This document shows, piece after piece, positions 59,171 to 64,000 of a stretch of DNA of 64,000 bases. The translations under genes were made by a program, and so were the position numbers. Source of the DNA: Polyangiaceae bacterium (GTDB taxonomy: Bacteria > Myxococcota_A > Polyangia > Polyangiales > Polyangiaceae); the NCBI GenBank assembly GCA_035063585.1, contig JAPSGB010000007.1, positions 32,001 to 96,000 on the forward strand, read 5' to 3'. The notes under the pieces were generated by a model that saw nothing but the letters and a program-made list of their open reading frames with translations, was not told the DNA's origin and searched no databases. Within the stretch, counting starts at the first letter, position 1, and every line of letters begins with the position of its first letter.

Positions 59171-60022
59171 CTACACACTCAGGTCGATGAAGGCCTCGAG
59201 GCCAGGGATCTTGCGCTCGGCCTGCTCGAAGAGGCTCGCGGCGACGAGCGCGCTCGCCGCGTGCTGGCCGAGCAGCTTGAAGAGCTCGAAGTCTACCGTG
59301 TCGAAATGCGTCTTCTGGGTCAGCGTGCTGAAGATGACGATGACCCCGACGGTCCGCTCGTCCACCCTGAGCGGGACGATGGCGACCGGCCCCGCGGCGC
59401 CGCCGTCGGCGGGGCTCCCGTCCTCTTCGACGAAGGCGCCGCCGGTGCGGAGCACCTCGGCGAGCCGCCCCTCGACGCGGAGCGGCGCGAGGCGCTCACC
59501 CGGGACGCCCTCCGAGGCGATGGGCACGACCTCGTCGCCCTGCGCGCCGAGCAGATAGACGCCGTAGCGCTCGGCGCCGACGAGCTGCGCGAGCACCTCC
59601 TTCACGCGACGCATCACGCCGCGCGGAGACAGGCTCGAGTGGAGCTGGTTCGACGCCACGAAGAGGTTCGCGAGGTTCGCGAACTCGTTCTCGACCTCCT
59701 GGAAGCGCTCGCTGATGTCGGTCGACTGCCGCTCCGCGTCGCGAAACCGCGAGAGGAGCTCGCGCTTGTCGCGCTCGAGCAGCTCGATCTTGTCGAGCAA
59801 CTCGCGCACCGCGTGGTCGGCCTCGAGGGTGGCCCGGAGCTTGGCATTTTCCTCCTCGAGCTCACCGAGCCGACGCTGGAGCCGCTGCTGCTCCTGCACG
59901 AACTCCTCGGTGAGCCGGGCTCCGCGAGAGAAGTTCTGCAGGAACTCGTCGCGCTCCTTCCTGAGATCGGGCGGCTGCGAGTCGCCGGAGCGCGCCCCCT
60001 TACCCTTTCGCTCCTTGTTCAT
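59171..60022 (-). CDS. Coiled-coil + GAF domain protein without an output domain
   Basis: ATG 60022; heptad-rich N-terminus; NLFVASNQLHSSL, AIVPLRVDERTVGVIVIF, DFELFKLL..HAA.AL. Confidence 0.8.
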   Translation of the reverse strand: MNKERKGKGARSGDSQPPDLRKERDEFLQNFSRGARLTEEFVQEQQRLQRRLGELEEENAKLRATLEADHAVRELLDKIELLERDKRELLSRFRDAERQSTDISERFQEVENEFANLANLFVASNQLHSSLSPRGVMRRVKEVLAQLVGAERYGVYLLGAQGDEVVPIASEGVPGERLAPLRVEGRLAEVLRTGGAFVEEDGSPADGGAAGPVAIVPLRVDERTVGVIVIFSTLTQKTHFDTVDFELFKLLGQHAASALVAASLFEQAERKIPGLEAFIDLSV

Positions 60023-60187
60023 CTCTCGCCGCTCCGGGGGTCCGACCGCCCCAGGGCCGCGACCGTACCATGGCGAACGAGGCCGGTGAAAGGCTCCCGG
60101 ACGAGCCCCGCGAGGCGCCTCGCCCCGGGGGCGCCCGAACCCCGCTCGGTTTGCCGCCGAGACGGCTCCCCTGGTAGGCTCCGCCGC

Positions 60188-60514
60188 ATGGCGAGCCCGC
60201 CAGGCTACGACTGGATCGACCGGCTCCTCGAGGCCGGCGACTTCGAGGGTGCCCGCGAGGCGCTGAAGTCCGTCCCGGCCGACGACGACGCGTTCGTCGT
60301 CCTGCGAGTCAAGCTCGGGCTCTACGAGGGCTCGCTGCCGCCCGGCGCGGCGCAGCAGCGGCTCATCCAGCTCATGCGTCGCGACGCGGGCGTCCACGGC
60401 GCCAAGGAACTCTACCAGGAGGCGTCGAACCTGTCGTTCCGCGAGCGGCAGTCCTCTTCGTCGCACTCGCACCCGCCGCCCCCGCCCAACGACGACGACC
60501 ACGAGAAGCAGTGA
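60188..60514 (+). CDS. Small hypothetical protein (TPR-like helices)
   Basis: ATG 60188; divergent from the GAF gene; GTGA overlap with the next gene. Confidence 0.6.
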   Translation: MASPPGYDWIDRLLEAGDFEGAREALKSVPADDDAFVVLRVKLGLYEGSLPPGAAQQRLIQLMRRDAGVHGAKELYQEASNLSFRERQSSSSHSHPPPPPNDDDHEKQ

Positions 60515-62925
60515 CCGACCGCTCGCTGCGGCCCGCGCCGTTCCTCACCGGGCTCGGGCTGGTGACCGGAGCGTCGCTCGCCCTCGAGGTCCTCTTCACC
60601 CGACTCTTGTCGGTGCTGACCTGGTACTCGCTCGCGTTCCTGGTCATCGCCATGGGCCTCTTCGGGCTGACCGCCGGCGCCGTGCGCGTGTACCTCGCCC
60701 CGGACGAGTACGCGCCGGCGCGTCTCCCGTCGTCGCTCAGCCGCGACGCGCGGGCCCTGGCATGGTCGATCCCGCTCTCGTACGTGCTCCTGCTCATCGT
60801 CCCATTGCGGGTGGAGCCGGTGCTGACCACGCTGCCGCTCTTCGTCTTCTTCAGCGCCGTCATCGCGCTCCCGTTCTACCCCGTCGGCAAGCTGGTGGCG
60901 GCGGCGCTCACCCGCGCTCCGCTGCCGGTCGGCCGAGTCTACGCGGTGGACCTCGTGGGCGCGGCCATCGGCGCGCCGCTCGTGCCGCTCCTCATCCGGC
61001 TGGGCGGCGCCGCGGCCATCCTCTCGCTCAGCGTGCTCGCCGCGCTCGCCTCGGTCTGCTTCGCGTGGGCCGGCCGGGATGGTGGGTCGGTCCGGCGCGG
61101 AATCAAGCTCGGCGCCGGCATGCTCGCGCTCACCGTCGTTGGTGGTTCGAGCTCGGGGCTCGCCCCGCTCTGGGTGAAAGGTCAGGCGGAGGACCGTTCG
61201 AACCTCGAGCTCGAGCTCTGGAACAGCCACTCGCGCGTGCAGGTGATGAAGCCGGTCATCGCTCCGGCGGACTTCTGGGGCAAGGGCGCGCGCTGCGGAG
61301 CGCCGCCGGTCGCGCAGCGCACCATCGTCATCGACGGCCACGCCGCCACGCCGCTCTACCTCGCGCCGCTCGAGCAGCTCGGCTTCCTCTCCTGCGACGT
61401 GACCAACCTGGTGCATGCGCTCCGTCCGAAGGGACCGATGGCGGTCATCGGCGTGGGCGGCTCGCGCGACATCCAGGCCGCGCTCCTCGCCGGGCACTCG
61501 CCGGTCGTCGGGCTCGAATTCAACGACCGCCTGCTCGAGATCCTCGAGGGGCCGCTCGGCGCGCCCACCGGGATCGCCCAGCGCCGCGACGTGCGCCTGA
61601 TCCACGACGAGGCTCGGAGCTGGCTCGCGCGCAGCCCCGAGCGCTTCCAAGTGATCCAGGCCTCGCTCATCGACACCTGGGCGGCCACCGGCGCCGGCGC
61701 CCACGCGCTCGGGGAGAACGGGCTCTATACCCTCGACGCCTGGCGCCTCTTCCTCGACCGGTTGGAGCCCGGAGGTATCTTCACCGTCTCGCGCTGGTCC
61801 ACGGTGGAGACCGCCCGGCTCGCCGCGCTCGCGGTCGCGTCGCTCATCGATCGCGGCGTGCGCGATCCCTCGCGGCACATCGTGATCGCCGCCGGCGACA
61901 AGGTCACGACCCTGCTCCTCGCGCGGGATCCGCTCACGGAGGCCGATCTCGCGCAGCTCACTCGCGCGGCGCAGACGCTCGGTTTCAACGTCATCGCCTC
62001 GCCCGGGCGAGCGCCGACCGCGGCGCGGCTCGCGGCGCTGCTCCACGCCTCTAGCCGCGCCGAGCTCGAGCGCGAGACGCTCCTGCCGCTGCTCGATTTT
62101 CGCCCGCCCACCGACGACCGCCCATTCTTCTTCAACGTGATCCGCCTCGGCGCGCTCTGGCACGAGCTCCCCGGGGTCACCCGAGGCACCATCGAGGGCA
62201 ACCTCCTCGCGACGCGCACCCTCGGGCTCGCGGTGCTCGCCTCGCTCATCCTGGTCGCCATCGCCATCATCGTGCCGCTCCGCCGGCGGGCTCGCCCGGA
62301 GCGCCGCACCGGGCGCGGGCTCGGCGCGGCGCTCGCCTATTTCTCCCTCATCGGCGTGGGCTTCATGCTCGCGGAAATCGCGCTCCTTCAGCGCATGAGC
62401 GTGGTGCTCGGCGAACCGAGCTACAGCTTGATGGTGGTATTGTCGAGCCTGGTCGGAGGAGCCGGCATAGGCTCGCTGCTCTCCGATCGGCTGCCGCTCG
62501 ACCGCGCGCCCTTCTGCTACCTCTATCCCGTCGCGCTCGCCTCGATGCTCGCGCTCCTCGCGCTCCTCTGGGGGGATCTCGCGCCCGTCGTCGAAGCCGC
62601 GCCCACGGGCACCCGGCTCGCCTTCGCCGCCGCGGTGGACGGCGTCGTGGGGCTCGGCCTCGGAGTCGCCTTCCCGGCCGGGATGCGCCTGGTCCGGGCC
62701 CACCACGACCCCGAGACGCCGTGGCTCTGGGGCGTGAACGGTGTGGGCAGCGTGCTCGCCTCGAGCGCCGCGGTGCTCATCGCCCTCGTGGGCGGACTCA
62801 CGGTGCTGCTCTTGGTCGCCGCGGGCGCTTACCTCCTGCTCGTGCCGGCCATCGCGGGCATCCGCCGCGGCGGGGCGGGCGATGGGGCGCCGCGCGAGCC
62901 CGGGCGCGACGATAACGGTAAATAG
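60511..62925 (+). CDS. Multi-pass membrane protein with a central spermidine-synthase-like SAM-binding domain
   Basis: N- and C-terminal TM bundles; WNSHSRVQV, VIGVGGSRD, GLEFND, HDEARSW, ENGLYT.DA, PTDDRPFFF, WLWGVNG.GSV. Confidence 0.8.
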   Translation: MTDRSLRPAPFLTGLGLVTGASLALEVLFTRLLSVLTWYSLAFLVIAMGLFGLTAGAVRVYLAPDEYAPARLPSSLSRDARALAWSIPLSYVLLLIVPLRVEPVLTTLPLFVFFSAVIALPFYPVGKLVAAALTRAPLPVGRVYAVDLVGAAIGAPLVPLLIRLGGAAAILSLSVLAALASVCFAWAGRDGGSVRRGIKLGAGMLALTVVGGSSSGLAPLWVKGQAEDRSNLELELWNSHSRVQVMKPVIAPADFWGKGARCGAPPVAQRTIVIDGHAATPLYLAPLEQLGFLSCDVTNLVHALRPKGPMAVIGVGGSRDIQAALLAGHSPVVGLEFNDRLLEILEGPLGAPTGIAQRRDVRLIHDEARSWLARSPERFQVIQASLIDTWAATGAGAHALGENGLYTLDAWRLFLDRLEPGGIFTVSRWSTVETARLAALAVASLIDRGVRDPSRHIVIAAGDKVTTLLLARDPLTEADLAQLTRAAQTLGFNVIASPGRAPTAARLAALLHASSRAELERETLLPLLDFRPPTDDRPFFFNVIRLGALWHELPGVTRGTIEGNLLATRTLGLAVLASLILVAIAIIVPLRRRARPERRTGRGLGAALAYFSLIGVGFMLAEIALLQRMSVVLGEPSYSLMVVLSSLVGGAGIGSLLSDRLPLDRAPFCYLYPVALASMLALLALLWGDLAPVVEAAPTGTRLAFAAAVDGVVGLGLGVAFPAGMRLVRAHHDPETPWLWGVNGVGSVLASSAAVLIALVGGLTVLLLVAAGAYLLLVPAIAGIRRGGAGDGAPREPGRDDNGK

Positions 62926-62931
62926 GATGCC

Positions 62932-64000
62932 TTAGTATTCGAAGCCGCTCCCGCCGATGAATTCGCGAAGGATCGAGGTGGGAGGCACGTGATCCGGATA
63001 GATGGTCACGAAGCGATCGAGGAGCTGGAGCAGTCGAAATGCCGTACCCCAGGCGGCGGTGTCTTGCGGCACCTCGAGCAGGTATCGCTCGGCGAACACC
63101 TTCAGCACCCCGAGCTCGTAGAGCAAGGACGAGTCGAACACCGCGTCCGCGTTTCGTTGAAAGGGGAAGATGTGCTCGCGCTCGCCCTTGCGGACGCTCG
63201 GCCAGCGCTGGATGTTGTCAGCCGCGCGCGACCCGCGCGTGTGACGATCCCGCACGATGCGGCGGATGAGCCGAACGTCCGAGGCGTGCACGCGGGTGAG
63301 CGCATCGAACGGGAGCTGCGCCAGCGGACAGATGAAGATGCGGAACACTCGCTCCGGCTCGACCGTGCCGAGCAGGCGCGGGTTCAGTCCGTGGATCCCC
63401 TCGAGCATGAGCAGGTCGCGCGCCTCGAGCGCGAGCTCGTCGCCTCCCTCGGGGGAGCTCCGGCCGCTCTCGAAATCGTATCGCGCGGTGCGGACCCGCG
63501 CGCCGGAGAGGAGGCGCTCGAGGTGCTCGGCGAGGAGCTCGCTCCGGAGCGCGTCGAAGGACTCGTAGTCGTAGTCGCCGTCCGCGTCGCGCGGGTTCAG
63601 CTCGCGGTCGACGTAGTAGTCATCGAGCGACAGGCCGATCGGGTTCTTGCCGACGACCTGGAGCTGCACCCGGAGCCGCTTGATGAAGGTCGTCTTTCCG
63701 CTCGAGCTCGGGCCCGCGATGGTGATGACCTTCACCCGGTCACCGAGCTCGTGGATCCGGTCCGCGATGCGGCTGATGCGCTTCTCTTGAAACCCCTCCG
63801 ACACGCGGATGAGCTCGGCCACGTCACCGTCGATGCAGGCGGTGTTGAACGCGCCGACGCTGGTGACCCCGAGGGTGTCGAGCCAGAGCTCCTGAGCGGT
63901 GACCATGAGCGTCGTCTGACGTGAGATCGCACGCGCCGCCTCGGCGCCGGCGCTCACGCGCCCGGGCGCGGGCGGCGCCAGGCTCTCGCTCACATACGGC
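62932..64000 (-). CDS. Uridine kinase-family nucleoside kinase (long form), 5'-truncated by the window edge
   Basis: IAGPSSSGKTT, LDDYY, EGIHGLN, RRIVRD..RG, W.SVRKGE..HIFP, SILREFIG. Confidence 0.88.
   Translation of the reverse strand, partial: PYVSESLAPPAPGRVSAGAEAARAISRQTTLMVTAQELWLDTLGVTSVGAFNTACIDGDVAELIRVSEGFQEKRISRIADRIHELGDRVKVITIAGPSSSGKTTFIKRLRVQLQVVGKNPIGLSLDDYYVDRELNPRDADGDYDYESFDALRSELLAEHLERLLSGARVRTARYDFESGRSSPEGGDELALEARDLLMLEGIHGLNPRLLGTVEPERVFRIFICPLAQLPFDALTRVHASDVRLIRRIVRDRHTRGSRAADNIQRWPSVRKGEREHIFPFQRNADAVFDSSLLYELGVLKVFAERYLLEVPQDTAAWGTAFRLLQLLDRFVTIYPDHVPPTSILREFIGGSGFEY

Overview
A very GC-rich chromosomal window (by eye >70% GC). Gene content points to a myxobacterium, probably Polyangiales/Polyangiaceae-like: three Ser/Thr kinases, a PEGA/TPR protein, TIGR04551- and TIGR02265-like proteins, AgmX/PglI-type TonB-C domains and Cys-rich lipoproteins. 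About 57 real genes are densely packed, and most long overlapping ORFs in the track are high-GC shadow frames. Housekeeping genes include murB, alaS, rpsT, acs, trpB, trpA, trpF, mrp/apbC, an RNase HI, an S1-domain protein, a MacAB-type ABC exporter and a truncated uridine kinase. I found no tRNA, rRNA, CRISPR array, transposase or prophage. Highlights: (1) a lipoprotein (33509-34729) whose 34 central cysteines have perfectly mirror-symmetric spacing, suggesting a disulfide-zipped antiparallel rod; (2) it lies in a candidate envelope disulfide module with a second 53-Cys lipoprotein, two thioredoxin lipoproteins and a C-x4-C-bearing outer-membrane barrel (28578-34729); (3) an uncalled 56-aa basic ORF leading the rpsT transcript behind a strong sigma70-type promoter; (4) an operon with two apparent pseudoenzymes (a double HARE-HTH/dead-Mrr protein and an agmatinase missing half its metal ligands) behind a structured leader; (5) a plant/protist-type acetylornithine deacetylase; (6) a dispersed REP-like palindrome. 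All family assignments come from motif recognition by eye, not database searches.
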